DNA from: Candidatus Uhrbacteria bacterium
GTDB taxonomy: Bacteria; Patescibacteriota; Patescibacteriia; UBA9934; GWF2-40-263
Assembly (NCBI GenBank): GCA_016844925.1
Contig: JAERTI010000038.1
Location: 2,936 to 66,935, forward strand
DNA: 64,000 bases
Reading direction: 5' to 3'
Positions 8,358-17,649 of this stretch are shown here, one piece after another; the stretch's first letter is position 1, and each line of letters begins with the position of its first letter. The translations under genes were made by a program, and so were the position numbers. The notes below the pieces were generated by a model. That model did no database searches and was not told the origin of the DNA. It saw only the letters and a list, made by a program, of their open reading frames with translations.

Positions 8358-9734
8358 ATGGCTGAGACAAACGTAACAATGGAAAAAATCGTTGCCCTCG
8401 CAAAACAGCGAGGGTTCGTGTATCCAGGTTCGGCAATTTACGGCGGACTCGCAAACAGTTGGGACTTTGGTCCTCTGGGAGCGCAGATGCGCATGAATAT
8501 TAAGACGGACTGGTGGAAGCGGTTTGTTGAATCTCGACCCGACATGGTTGGGCTTGACGGAGCCATCTTGATGAACCCTCGTGTCTGGGAAGCGTCTGGC
8601 CACGTTGCGGGTTTCAGTGATCCACTCGTCGAGGATGTGAAGACACACAAACGCTACCGCGCCGATCATCTTATTGAAGAAGCGACGGGGGAGTCTGTTG
8701 ATGGTTGGTCTCTCGATCAGATCGCTGGAAAGCTTAAAGAACTAGAGCTCAAGAGTCCTGAGGGGAACGCACTGACCGAGCCCAAGGCGTTTAACTTGAT
8801 GTTTGAGACAGCCATCGGAAAGACAGAGGAGAGCAAAGCGAACGTCTACCTTCGTCCTGAGACGGCACAGGCGATCTTTGTGAACTTTAAGCATGTGCTG
8901 GATTCAACACGAAAGAGGATTCCGTTTGGTATTGCTCAGATCGGAAAAGCGTTTCGTAATGAGATTACGCCAGGAAACTTTATCTTCCGGACGCTCGAGT
9001 TTGAGCAGATGGAGATTGAGTATTTTATTGAAGAAGAGGGTTGGGAGGCGCACATTGAGAAATGGGCTGACGATATGGAGGCTTGGGCTGAGTCTATTGG
9101 TATCGATGGGGATCGATTGCATCGACTAGAAGTTCCAGAGGAGAGCTTGGCTCACTACTCAAAGAGAACCATTGATTTTGAATTCGCATTCCCATTTGGA
9201 ACCAAGGAGTTGTGGGGATTGGCTTATCGAACGGATTTTGATCTCGGGAATCATCAGGAGCACTCGGGTGAGAACCTTCGCTATGTAGATCCAAACGACA
9301 ATACACGAAAGATTGTTCCGCATGTTGTCGAGCCATCCATGGGAGTCGATCGCACGCTTCTGGCTGTTCTGCTCAGTGCGTACGATGAAGAAGAAGTGAA
9401 TGGTGACAAGCGTGTCGTGATGCGTTTTAAGCCGCACATGGCTCCATATCAAATCGCTGTACTCCCACTTTCAAAGAAAGAAGAACTTCAGGCTGGTGCA
9501 CGCCCAGTGTTTGAGGCCCTCGCTCCGCACTGGCGCGTAGACTACGACGAGACACAGTCCATTGGTAAGCGTTACCGACGTCAGGATGAGATTGGAACGC
9601 CGTATTGTGTAACCGTTGATTTTGATTCGCTGGAAGATAAGGCGGTCACCATTCGTGATCGCGATACCATGGAGCAGGTACGTGTACCTATTGCCGAGCT
9701 GGAACGTTGGTTCGCAGAGAAGTTGTCTATTTAA
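8358..9734 (+). CDS. glyQS: glycine--tRNA ligase, alpha2-dimer type
   Basis: 458 aa class II aaRS. The N-terminal [22 protein letters not shown] is typical of homodimeric GlyRS. Start lies 2 nt after the frr stop. Confidence 0.85.
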   Translation: MAETNVTMEKIVALAKQRGFVYPGSAIYGGLANSWDFGPLGAQMRMNIKTDWWKRFVESRPDMVGLDGAILMNPRVWEASGHVAGFSDPLVEDVKTHKRYRADHLIEEATGESVDGWSLDQIAGKLKELELKSPEGNALTEPKAFNLMFETAIGKTEESKANVYLRPETAQAIFVNFKHVLDSTRKRIPFGIAQIGKAFRNEITPGNFIFRTLEFEQMEIEYFIEEEGWEAHIEKWADDMEAWAESIGIDGDRLHRLEVPEESLAHYSKRTIDFEFAFPFGTKELWGLAYRTDFDLGNHQEHSGENLRYVDPNDNTRKIVPHVVEPSMGVDRTLLAVLLSAYDEEEVNGDKRVVMRFKPHMAPYQIAVLPLSKKEELQAGARPVFEALAPHWRVDYDETQSIGKRYRRQDEIGTPYCVTVDFDSLEDKAVTIRDRDTMEQVRVPIAELERWFAEKLSI

Positions 9735-9742
9735 GAAGACAT

Positions 9743-11170
9743 ATGAATAGAATTGAGGGGTCACGAGCTTGTCCTCCCGAAGCACCGAAATCTGAAAAAG
9801 GTCCGTTTATTGAAGTTGAGAAGCCATCGAGAGAGCTTCAGGAAATGGATCGAGAGCTTCGAGAAGTGTTTTCCGATGCCGCGGAGAAAGAGGCACCAGG
9901 GTGGCTGCCTATCCCGGATGCGTTCAAGGTGGCAAAGCCGTTTCTATTTGCGTTGGCGGGAGCTGCTATTGGTGGTTTGGCGGTTGCTGAGAGAATGGGG
10001 CCACAAGAAGCGGGAGGGGCTCCAGAGGTGGCGTTGGAGACAGTAGAGTCGCAGGAAGCTGAGCGCGTGCAGCAATTGCAGGCAGTCTTTGATCGGGCTG
10101 GGGAGAAAATTGAGCGCTCTGATCAATTTGATGGATTATTGTCGCCGGAGGAGAAAGCAAATCTTTCTCAGCGCTTGAAGGATTATCCTATAGAAGGAGT
10201 GCTGGATGAGTTTGCTGCTATGGGAGGTGTTGAGCGAGGGGTGATTTTGGAGAAGGTGGATCTTGATGCGATTTCTTTTTACTCGGATGAAGACACAACG
10301 GCGTTTGTTGATGGGCTTAAAACAAGTGGTGTGACCATCGAGGCGGGGGAAGAAGATGTGGCGCATTCTCATGCAGCTCGTCGTACCGGGATGCAGTTTA
10401 ATGGTGTTATCTATCTAAATCTTTCGAAGATTGATCTTTCTCAACCGGGGGTTTTGGAAGATGTGCTTACCCACGAGGTTGGACATACAGCAACAGAGAC
10501 TTCTCATGATTGGAATTACTCAGAGGAAATGCTTAGCGAGTCATTTATTGAGTTGATGGCTGCGCGAGCAGGGGAGAATGTAGATGGTATTTCTGATGCG
10601 TTTCCTGGCTACCTGGATGGCCCCTCCGTTACAGCAGAGCTTTTGTTAGCTGGAACAGATAAGGACTCTCGTCTATGGCAGGGGATGTTTGAAGGGGCTG
10701 GTGGATTACAGGTAGCGCTTGATGATGTTTATGGGGCGGGTACGTATGATGCGTTTGCTCATTCTGCTGATGGGTACGATCTTTCACCAGCTGAGCAGCG
10801 ACTACTGCTTGTTGATCAAGCGTTACAAATTATGGATTACGATTCAGAAATCATTGCACAGGCCAATGGTAGGATGGCTCACGAGCAGATCGTGCTTCAT
10901 TCCGACGGTGGTCAAGAGGCGTTTTTGCTTCTGTCGGACTATTCCAAATCAGGACATTTCGGCGGGATGGTGCGTCGGCCGGGGGAGAGCGATAAGATGG
11001 TGTTTGTTCCTGCGGCGGTTCCGGAGGAGAAGGGGGTTCATACGTTTGAAGATTATGGTGGCTATGTTCTTGGGAGACTTGGGGCACAGGGGACTCCTGA
11101 GGGGCAAGTGAAGCGGTTTTTTCAAGAGCACGATGAGGACTTGAATACATTTTTTACACCTGAGGCGTAA
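9743..11170 (+). CDS. hypothetical protein with an HExxH zinc-metallopeptidase-like motif (LTHEVGHT)
   Basis: ATG at 9743 after the glyQS stop; the ORF-track start at 9707 overlaps glyQS. Single HEVGH motif; rest of the protein not recognised. Confidence 0.55.
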   Translation: MNRIEGSRACPPEAPKSEKGPFIEVEKPSRELQEMDRELREVFSDAAEKEAPGWLPIPDAFKVAKPFLFALAGAAIGGLAVAERMGPQEAGGAPEVALETVESQEAERVQQLQAVFDRAGEKIERSDQFDGLLSPEEKANLSQRLKDYPIEGVLDEFAAMGGVERGVILEKVDLDAISFYSDEDTTAFVDGLKTSGVTIEAGEEDVAHSHAARRTGMQFNGVIYLNLSKIDLSQPGVLEDVLTHEVGHTATETSHDWNYSEEMLSESFIELMAARAGENVDGISDAFPGYLDGPSVTAELLLAGTDKDSRLWQGMFEGAGGLQVALDDVYGAGTYDAFAHSADGYDLSPAEQRLLLVDQALQIMDYDSEIIAQANGRMAHEQIVLHSDGGQEAFLLLSDYSKSGHFGGMVRRPGESDKMVFVPAAVPEEKGVHTFEDYGGYVLGRLGAQGTPEGQVKRFFQEHDEDLNTFFTPEA

Positions 11171-11185
11171 TGCCAATGTAGTGTT

Positions 11186-12469
11186 ATGAACAAACGATTT
11201 ACTTTAGACAACGGCATGAAGGTGATGATGGTGCCGGTGAGTGGGACGGAGACCGTCTCTGTACTTGTGATGGTTCGTGTTGGGTCACGATACGAGTACG
11301 CAAAGATTAATGGTGCCTCGCACTTTATCGAGCATATGATGTTTAAGGGGACACGACGTCGCCCGACTGCACAGCACATTTCTCGAACGCTCGATGGAAT
11401 CGGTGCGGATTACAACGCGTTCACAGGGAAGAGCTATACCGGTTATTACGTGAAGGTTGATAAGAGTCACTTGGAGCTGGGGATCGACTTGATCGATGAC
11501 ATGTTGTTCTCTTCAAAGATGGATCCTAAGGAGCTCGACCGAGAGCGTGGGGCGATTGTTGAGGAGATTCATATGTACGAGGACAATCCTATGATGCATG
11601 TGAGCGATTTGCTTGAGCAGGAGATGTTTACCGGGTCCTCACTTGGTTGGGAGATCGCGGGAACACCGAAGATTATTAAGGAGATCGATCGGGATGAGAT
11701 GCATGCGTTTTATAAGAAGTACTATCAGCCATCGAACATGCTGCTCGTGGTGGCGGGGAACGTTGATCGACGGGCGCGTGGGTGGATTGAGTCACGGTTC
11801 GGTCGTCGGAAAGATGCCCGTGAGGCACCGGGTGGTTTTGAGACGTTAGAGCTTCCGCTTCCGAACAAGCGACCTCGGGCGCGTGTGCAAACAAAGAAGA
11901 CGCAGCAGATTCAACTCGCCATGGGGTTCCCTGGCTATGGGTATCAAGACCCTCGTAATCCTGCCGTTTCTTTGCTCGCGAATATCCTTGGTGGAACAAT
12001 GTCTTCAAGGCTTTTCACAGAGGTGCGAGAGCGTAAGGGGTTGGCGTACTTTGTGCGAGCCGCCCATTCGAGTTATGAGGACACGGGAGTCTTCATGATC
12101 CGTGCTGGACTCGACAAGACACGGCTTGAGCTCGCCATGAAGACGATTCGCAAAGAGGTGCGCAAGATCAAGCGAGAGAATGTATCGGCCAAGGAATTGA
12201 AGCAGGCGAAAGCGAATGTACGTGGACAGATGGCCATTCGTCTTGAGGATAGTTTCCAGCGGGCGCAGTGGTTTGCCAGCGAGATGATGTTTCAAAGACG
12301 CATACGCACGCCAAAGACGTATCTCAAACGTATTGAAGAAGTTCGCCCGCAGGATATCAAGGCAGCAGCAAACGACATTCTTAATGAGAAGGTCTTGTCT
12401 CTGGCTGCCGTTGGACCATTTAAGGACAGTGGGGCATTATTGAATGCATCGGGGTTTAAGGCGAGATAA
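11186..12469 (+). CDS. M16 family (pitrilysin/insulinase-like) zinc peptidase
   Basis: Inverted zinc motif HxxEH in GASHFIEHMMFKGT. Confidence 0.8.
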   Translation: MNKRFTLDNGMKVMMVPVSGTETVSVLVMVRVGSRYEYAKINGASHFIEHMMFKGTRRRPTAQHISRTLDGIGADYNAFTGKSYTGYYVKVDKSHLELGIDLIDDMLFSSKMDPKELDRERGAIVEEIHMYEDNPMMHVSDLLEQEMFTGSSLGWEIAGTPKIIKEIDRDEMHAFYKKYYQPSNMLLVVAGNVDRRARGWIESRFGRRKDAREAPGGFETLELPLPNKRPRARVQTKKTQQIQLAMGFPGYGYQDPRNPAVSLLANILGGTMSSRLFTEVRERKGLAYFVRAAHSSYEDTGVFMIRAGLDKTRLELAMKTIRKEVRKIKRENVSAKELKQAKANVRGQMAIRLEDSFQRAQWFASEMMFQRRIRTPKTYLKRIEEVRPQDIKAAANDILNEKVLSLAAVGPFKDSGALLNASGFKAR

Positions 12470-12472
12470 TAG

Positions 12473-13261
12473 TTGAGTGATATGAAAACCATCATTGCGA
12501 ACTGGAAAATGAATGTGGGAGTAAGGGAGTCTGTGGCGCTCGCGCGCGGCACGCTTTTAACGCTTCGTGGTCGCAAAGTGAGTCCGGCTTTGGTGATCTG
12601 CCCACCCTTTGTGGCTTTGTCAGAGGTTCGTAAGATTGTCGCGCGTTCCTCGGCCGGTCTTGGTGCCCAGAATATGTTTTGGGAGCAAAGTGGTGCTTAC
12701 ACGGGGGAAACCTCTCCGCGCATGTTGCAGGAGCTGGGAGTTTCTCATGTTATCTTGGGTCACTCAGAGCGACGGGCATTGTTTGGAGAGACAGATGAGA
12801 TGGTGAATAAAAAAGTTCTTCAAGCACTCGAGCAGAAGCTTGTACCAATTATTTGTATCGGTGAGTCGGCAGATCAGCGCCGAGAGGAGCAGACGCAGCA
12901 GGTAGTACGTGATCAACTCATGGCAGCTCTTCAAGGAGTTCGTCTCAAGTCTTCAGATACCATTATGGTGGCTTATGAGCCTCTCTGGGCGATTGGGTCT
13001 GGTGTCGCCGCTACGGTCTCAGATGTGATCGAAACACACCGATTCATTCACCTGCTTCTTGGGCAGGTGTTCGAGCAGGCAGCGCCAGGACAGTTTTCTG
13101 TACTTTATGGGGGGAGCGTAGATGCAGAGAACGCCTATGGCTTTTTACGTGAAGATGAGGTAAATGGTGTGCTTGTGGGAGGGGCAAGTGTAAAGATTAA
13201 TCAGTTCAAGGGGATTGTTCAGGCGGCCGCAGAGGTGCTTGAGGCAAAACAAACAAGCTAA
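12473..13261 (+). CDS. tpiA: triosephosphate isomerase
   Basis: IANWKMN N-terminal motif; 262 aa TIM-barrel length. Confidence 0.85.
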   Translation: MSDMKTIIANWKMNVGVRESVALARGTLLTLRGRKVSPALVICPPFVALSEVRKIVARSSAGLGAQNMFWEQSGAYTGETSPRMLQELGVSHVILGHSERRALFGETDEMVNKKVLQALEQKLVPIICIGESADQRREEQTQQVVRDQLMAALQGVRLKSSDTIMVAYEPLWAIGSGVAATVSDVIETHRFIHLLLGQVFEQAAPGQFSVLYGGSVDAENAYGFLREDEVNGVLVGGASVKINQFKGIVQAAAEVLEAKQTS

Positions 13262-13262
13262 T

Positions 13263-14099
13263 ATGTCATGGATTTTCGGAGTACTTATCGTGGTTGCGAT
13301 CGTTGTGATGGTTGTGGTTGTTATCCGAAAGATCCCGCAACTTCGAGTTATTGACGTGGATTCCATCGCCAAGGAACGGGAACGTAAGATTAAGGAGAAG
13401 ATTATTCTCTCGAAGATTAAGCGATCGGGTGGAGCCAAGCTGGGAGCTGTAGCTAAAACATCTGTTGGGGCAGTGAATACGGTTTCAAAATATGGACGCC
13501 GTGCCGTGCAGCGTCTCTATCATCTTGAGCAGTACTACCAGAAACTTCGTCGCAGCTCGACCGAGGGGATCCATGCCTATGACACGGATCGCATTCGTCA
13601 GCGTATCGAGGAGGCGCAGGAGCTCATTCGTGATGAGGAATTTATTCCTGCGGAAAAGATTTTCATCGACATCATCAGTCACAACCCTAAGAGCGTTGAT
13701 GCCTATGAGGGGTTAGGAAACATGTACATTAAATCTGGTCAGATCGATCAGGCGCGCGAGACATTGTCGTTCGCCCTGCGTCTTTCACCAGAGGATGCAA
13801 GCGTGCGCGTTTCTCTTGCTGAGCTTGAACTCCTGCAAGAAAATCATCAGGCAGCGTTGCCGCATCTCAGAGCAGCCGTACAAAAGCGCAGTAAGAACCC
13901 GAAGTATCTTGATTTTTATATCGATACCGCGCTGAAGGTGGGGTCGCTTAAAGATGCCCGAAAGGGGATTACGGCACTGAAGGAAGTGAACCCAGAAAAT
14001 ACCAAGATTAAAGAGTTTGAGGAGCGATTTACAAAAAAGAAAGAGGCTTACATCCGCAAGACGAGCGCGTCCACAGAAGAGGCTTCACAAGAAGAGTAG
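13263..14099 (+). CDS. membrane-anchored TPR-repeat protein
   Basis: The ATG at 13263 follows the tpiA stop. N-terminal TM helix IFGVLIVVAIVVMVVVVI, then TPR-like helices (AYEGLGNMYIKSGQIDQA...). Confidence 0.6.
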   Translation: MSWIFGVLIVVAIVVMVVVVIRKIPQLRVIDVDSIAKERERKIKEKIILSKIKRSGGAKLGAVAKTSVGAVNTVSKYGRRAVQRLYHLEQYYQKLRRSSTEGIHAYDTDRIRQRIEEAQELIRDEEFIPAEKIFIDIISHNPKSVDAYEGLGNMYIKSGQIDQARETLSFALRLSPEDASVRVSLAELELLQENHQAALPHLRAAVQKRSKNPKYLDFYIDTALKVGSLKDARKGITALKEVNPENTKIKEFEERFTKKKEAYIRKTSASTEEASQEE

Positions 14100-14129
14100 G
14101 CTTTGTTACTATTGCGCCCGTCGCAAGAC

Positions 14130-14205
14130 GCCGTCGTAGCTCAGTTGGTAGAGCGCATCCATGGTAAGGATGAGGTCAGCGGTTCAAGCCCGCTCGACGG
14201 CTCCA
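14130..14205 (+). tRNA. tRNA-Thr (anticodon GGU)
   Basis: Manual fold: acceptor GCCGTCG/CGACGGC, D-arm GCTC..GAGC, anticodon stem CATCC/GGATG with loop ATGGTAA, T-arm AGCGG/CCGCT, 3' CCA encoded. Confidence 0.85.
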
Positions 14206-14238
14206 GAAAACCACCCAGCATTGCTGGGTGGTTTTCTT
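14206..14238 (+). terminator. rho-independent terminator after tRNA-Thr
   Basis: ccacccagcattgctgggtgg hairpin followed by a T-tract. Confidence 0.8.
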
Positions 14239-14283
14239 TATGTGGAAAACACGATTAGAGATGTTTGATACGATGAGATTATT

Positions 14284-15609
14284 ATGTCGAAACATTTGTA
14301 CCCTCACTTTAAGCCTTCTACCGAATGGCTCATCACAATCATGTCGCTGTTCATGATTTTTGGAATCGCCATAGATGGATGGGCTCATAATCATATTGGC
14401 GTTGATCTGCATCCATTCTTCACGCCGTATCACGCAGTCCTTTACGGCTCTTATGGAATAACAGCACTCATTTTTTTCTACGAAGCTTTTAAAAATCACC
14501 AAAAGGGATTCTCGTTCAGGAAGTTGTTGCCAAAGGGGTATGGACTTTCGATGATCGGAATCATTGCGTTTGGCCTTGCTGGTTTTTTCGACATGATCTG
14601 GCATTTATTTTTGGGCGTTGAGATTGTGACGATGGACATCACCTTGAGCCCAGCACATTTGCTGCTTGCTTTTTCCGGGATGGCCATCATGAGTGGGGCT
14701 TGGCGTTCTCTGTGGCATCATCGTGAGTTACCTGTGGGTCTCTGGAATCAGCTCCCTTTTATTTTTTCTTTTGCGTTCACACTCATGCCGCTGCTGTTCA
14801 TGCTTCAGTGGGCGAATCCTTGGGTGTATCCATGGGTGGACGTGACTCAAGAGATTGTCTATCCGTATTTCATTGCCGGAGGGATACTAGACGCTGAGTT
14901 TCTTGGTGTGGCGATGGGGGCAGCAGGCATGCTTATTATTGGAACGCTGCTGACGATTGCCTTCCTGCATTCTCTCAAGAGGTTTATGTTTCCCGTCGGT
15001 GGAATTGCCCTCACGTTAGTGTTCTCTGCTTCCTATCTCATATTCATGAGAGATGGCTATTCGGTCATTCTATATGTGCTCATTGTGGGCCTTGTTCTCG
15101 AGTGGGTATTTGCCATGGTGCGTAAGTTGGGAGCTTCAAAATTACTTTTCGTTCGATTGTTTTCTGTGCTGTTCCCGCTCATTCTTTGGTTGGGTTATTT
15201 TGCGTGGATTAATGTGGTATCGAGTACGACCTGGTCCATGCATGTATTTACTGGAGAGCTCTTTCTCTTAGCGGCAACAGGTTTTCTCTTGGGGCATGTG
15301 ATTATTCCAGATAAGGACGCGGCATCTATTGAGCTACCAAGGGGGGGCACAACAACATCAAGCTTCTTGTTGCTCTGTGGAATTTCAGTTTTTGGTGTGC
15401 TTATGTACCTTCTCCCGACGCAAACATCCTTGCATACGATTCTTCAGCCACAATTTAATCGCGCGGATCTTGTGCAGCCACCTGTGGAGCTCTTGCCAAC
15501 GGTGCGTGAGTTTACTGGAAGAGATGATTTCATTATTTACGGTGAAGAAGAAACTCTGCCAGAGAATCATCATCTTTACGATGTGCTGTCCGATGATCAT
15601 CATGAGTAG
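14284..15609 (+). CDS. polytopic integral membrane protein (about 12 TM), function unknown
   Basis: 441 aa, many hydrophobic helices, backbone GC. Confidence 0.6.
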   Translation: MSKHLYPHFKPSTEWLITIMSLFMIFGIAIDGWAHNHIGVDLHPFFTPYHAVLYGSYGITALIFFYEAFKNHQKGFSFRKLLPKGYGLSMIGIIAFGLAGFFDMIWHLFLGVEIVTMDITLSPAHLLLAFSGMAIMSGAWRSLWHHRELPVGLWNQLPFIFSFAFTLMPLLFMLQWANPWVYPWVDVTQEIVYPYFIAGGILDAEFLGVAMGAAGMLIIGTLLTIAFLHSLKRFMFPVGGIALTLVFSASYLIFMRDGYSVILYVLIVGLVLEWVFAMVRKLGASKLLFVRLFSVLFPLILWLGYFAWINVVSSTTWSMHVFTGELFLLAATGFLLGHVIIPDKDAASIELPRGGTTTSSFLLLCGISVFGVLMYLLPTQTSLHTILQPQFNRADLVQPPVELLPTVREFTGRDDFIIYGEEETLPENHHLYDVLSDDHHE

Positions 15610-15670
15610 ATAAAAGAAAAGCCCCGCCCGAAAGGGTGGGGTTCGTTGTTGACGTGGTCAACGGAGAGGA

Positions 15671-17563
15671 TTACTTCTCGTAGGGGTTGTCGTAGTCGTC
15701 GTCACCGACATCGAAGATGGTCGGGACGTTCATGGTCGCCGAGAGCGACATCACGAACGCGGACGAGTCCGTTCCCTCTGCGGAAGTGATCACGTAGAAG
15801 GGGAACTTCTGCGCCTTCACTTGGGTTTCACCCATGAAGTCGACATCGAAGGTTTTGCCCAGACCAGGGAGTTCTTGGATGTGGGGAACCTTCGAGGCGT
15901 CCAGGCCGATGCTCGAACCTTCCGGCATGGGGAAGTTCTTCAAGGCACCTTCAGCGCGAGCGCTGAGGTTCATCGCCTCACCGTTGGTGACGGGGAGGGC
16001 CCTGATGCCGGTCTCATCCGCGGGGATGGTGTAGGTCACCGTCGGTCCGACGGAGATACCGATGCGAACAGGCTTCTCGAGGCTGTCCGCCAGCTCGGCG
16101 ATTTGCAGGGCGGCCTTGATGGCCATGGAGAGTCGCAGGTTCAGACTCATGCCTCGGCACTTGCCCAAGGCGCTCATCCAGACACACACGCAGCCGTCGC
16201 CGGTGAAGTTGTTGTACTTCCCGCCTTCCTTGAGGACGATCTGGTTGATGCCCGTCATGAAAGGTTGCATGAACTGGCCGACCTTGATGGGGTCGTCCAG
16301 CGTTGCCGACCAAGCGGTGAAGCCGACGATGTCCACGGTCATGGCGACCGTTTCTTCATCCGCCACCAGCGGGTTGTAGCCCGCCTGAACCCTTGCAAAG
16401 AACTCTGGGTCCGGGTGAACGGTCCTGGCGATGGCGCGCAAGATGGCGGCCTCGCGGGCCGTCTTTGCGGCCTGCATGGAGCGTCCCGTTGCCTGGCGTT
16501 CCTTCGTCCAGGTCTGCTCGTAGTCGCCCTTGCCGGTCAGGCGCTTGGCGTTGGGGATCAGTGCGGCGAGACGGTCGCCCAGGGTGCGGTTCCACTTGAC
16601 GGTCAGGACCGTGCGCAGGAACGGGGACTGGGCGTCATCGATCTGGTAGATCTCGCCCGCGTGCACGACGGGGAGCTGTTTGAGCTCGCCTTCCCGCACG
16701 ATCTTGTTGGGCGTGAGGATGTCCTTCTCGATGCGGATGCCGCGGACAGAGCCCGAGGGGGTGTCCGAGTAGTCTCCGTTGCAGGAGCCATCCTCGTCGA
16801 TCTTCAGCCAGACCAGTCGTCCGTAGATCTCACCGTCGATGATGAGCGTCTTGCCGTTCCAGTGAACCTCCTTCTCAGGGGCCCACATCTTCAGCAGGGG
16901 GACGATGGGGAGTTCCACGAGCCGGTACTTGACCGTCCCTTCGTCACGTCCGGGCAGGATGCCGGGCATGGCTTGGTTCATCCCGCGGATCAGGTGCAGG
17001 AGCGCCGGAGCGTCCTGCAGACGGTTGACCACCTTGTTCTGGGGGCCGCCAGGGTTGTAGACGCAGACGAGGCGGACTTCGCACTCGCCGATCCGGTAGG
17101 CGTACCAGGACTTGTTGGTGTTCCACGCGGCAGCACCTTCTTGGAGCTTCTGGTAGAGCACCCAGGGGCTGAGCATGAATCCGAGGAATCCGGCAAGCAG
17201 TCGTTCGATGGCGTCGAAGCCGAAGTTGATGTCCGGCGACGCACGGCCGATGAAGGACAGCTTGGAGACGTGCCCCAGCTGCTCGTCGACGATCTTGCTG
17301 ATGAGCTTGTCGTACTGCTCCAGCGTGATGTGGTCACTGTCATCCAGCATGGACGAGACGCTCTTGCCCTTGAGCTTGTCCGGAAGGTTGTCCCAGATCA
17401 CCTGACTCGAGAGCTGGAGCCTCTTGAGACCAACCATCAGAAGTCGAATGTTCCGTGCTGCGTTGATGGAGAGCCACTGCCTGATGGCCTCCATTTCTGC
17501 AACGTCCGTTCTCTTGTACCCGACAGACGTCAGGGTATCGATGCGCTGAGTGCGATCACCCAT
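15671..17563 (-). CDS. class III nucleotidyl (adenylyl/guanylyl-type) cyclase domain protein with a roughly 420-aa uncharacterised N-terminal region; high GC
   Basis: C-terminal catalytic motifs in canonical order: metal-binding Asp in TVDIVGFT, second Asp in NFTGDGCVCVW, VRIGISVGPTVTYTI, transition-state Asn/Arg in NGEAMNLSARAEG. Start placed at the ATG 17561-17563 (reverse strand) with GGAGG 6 nt upstream; the track's TTG start at 17638 is unlikely. Ends in a bidirectional hairpin region (15613-15668). Confidence 0.75.
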   Translation of the reverse strand: MGDRTQRIDTLTSVGYKRTDVAEMEAIRQWLSINAARNIRLLMVGLKRLQLSSQVIWDNLPDKLKGKSVSSMLDDSDHITLEQYDKLISKIVDEQLGHVSKLSFIGRASPDINFGFDAIERLLAGFLGFMLSPWVLYQKLQEGAAAWNTNKSWYAYRIGECEVRLVCVYNPGGPQNKVVNRLQDAPALLHLIRGMNQAMPGILPGRDEGTVKYRLVELPIVPLLKMWAPEKEVHWNGKTLIIDGEIYGRLVWLKIDEDGSCNGDYSDTPSGSVRGIRIEKDILTPNKIVREGELKQLPVVHAGEIYQIDDAQSPFLRTVLTVKWNRTLGDRLAALIPNAKRLTGKGDYEQTWTKERQATGRSMQAAKTAREAAILRAIARTVHPDPEFFARVQAGYNPLVADEETVAMTVDIVGFTAWSATLDDPIKVGQFMQPFMTGINQIVLKEGGKYNNFTGDGCVCVWMSALGKCRGMSLNLRLSMAIKAALQIAELADSLEKPVRIGISVGPTVTYTIPADETGIRALPVTNGEAMNLSARAEGALKNFPMPEGSSIGLDASKVPHIQELPGLGKTFDVDFMGETQVKAQKFPFYVITSAEGTDSSAFVMSLSATMNVPTIFDVGDDDYDNPYEK

Positions 17564-17609
17564 CCGTTGCCTCCTTTGTAAAGGGCACGCCATTGATTGG
17601 CGATGTGGT

Positions 17610-17638
17610 ACAATAGCCGTAATTACGGGGTTTGTCAA
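17610..17638 (-). promoter_or_regulatory. sigma70-like promoter TTGACA-N17-TATTGT upstream of the cyclase gene
   Basis: Read on the minus strand: TTGACA aaccccgtaattacggc TATTGT. Confidence 0.5.
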
Positions 17639-17649
17639 TCCTTTTTGCT

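Noticed and set aside
17564-17638. TTG at 17638 as the cyclase start (track coordinates)
   Set aside because: The internal ATG at 17563 is preceded by GGAGG. The 25 extra codons would run through the predicted -10/-35 region and lower-GC sequence.
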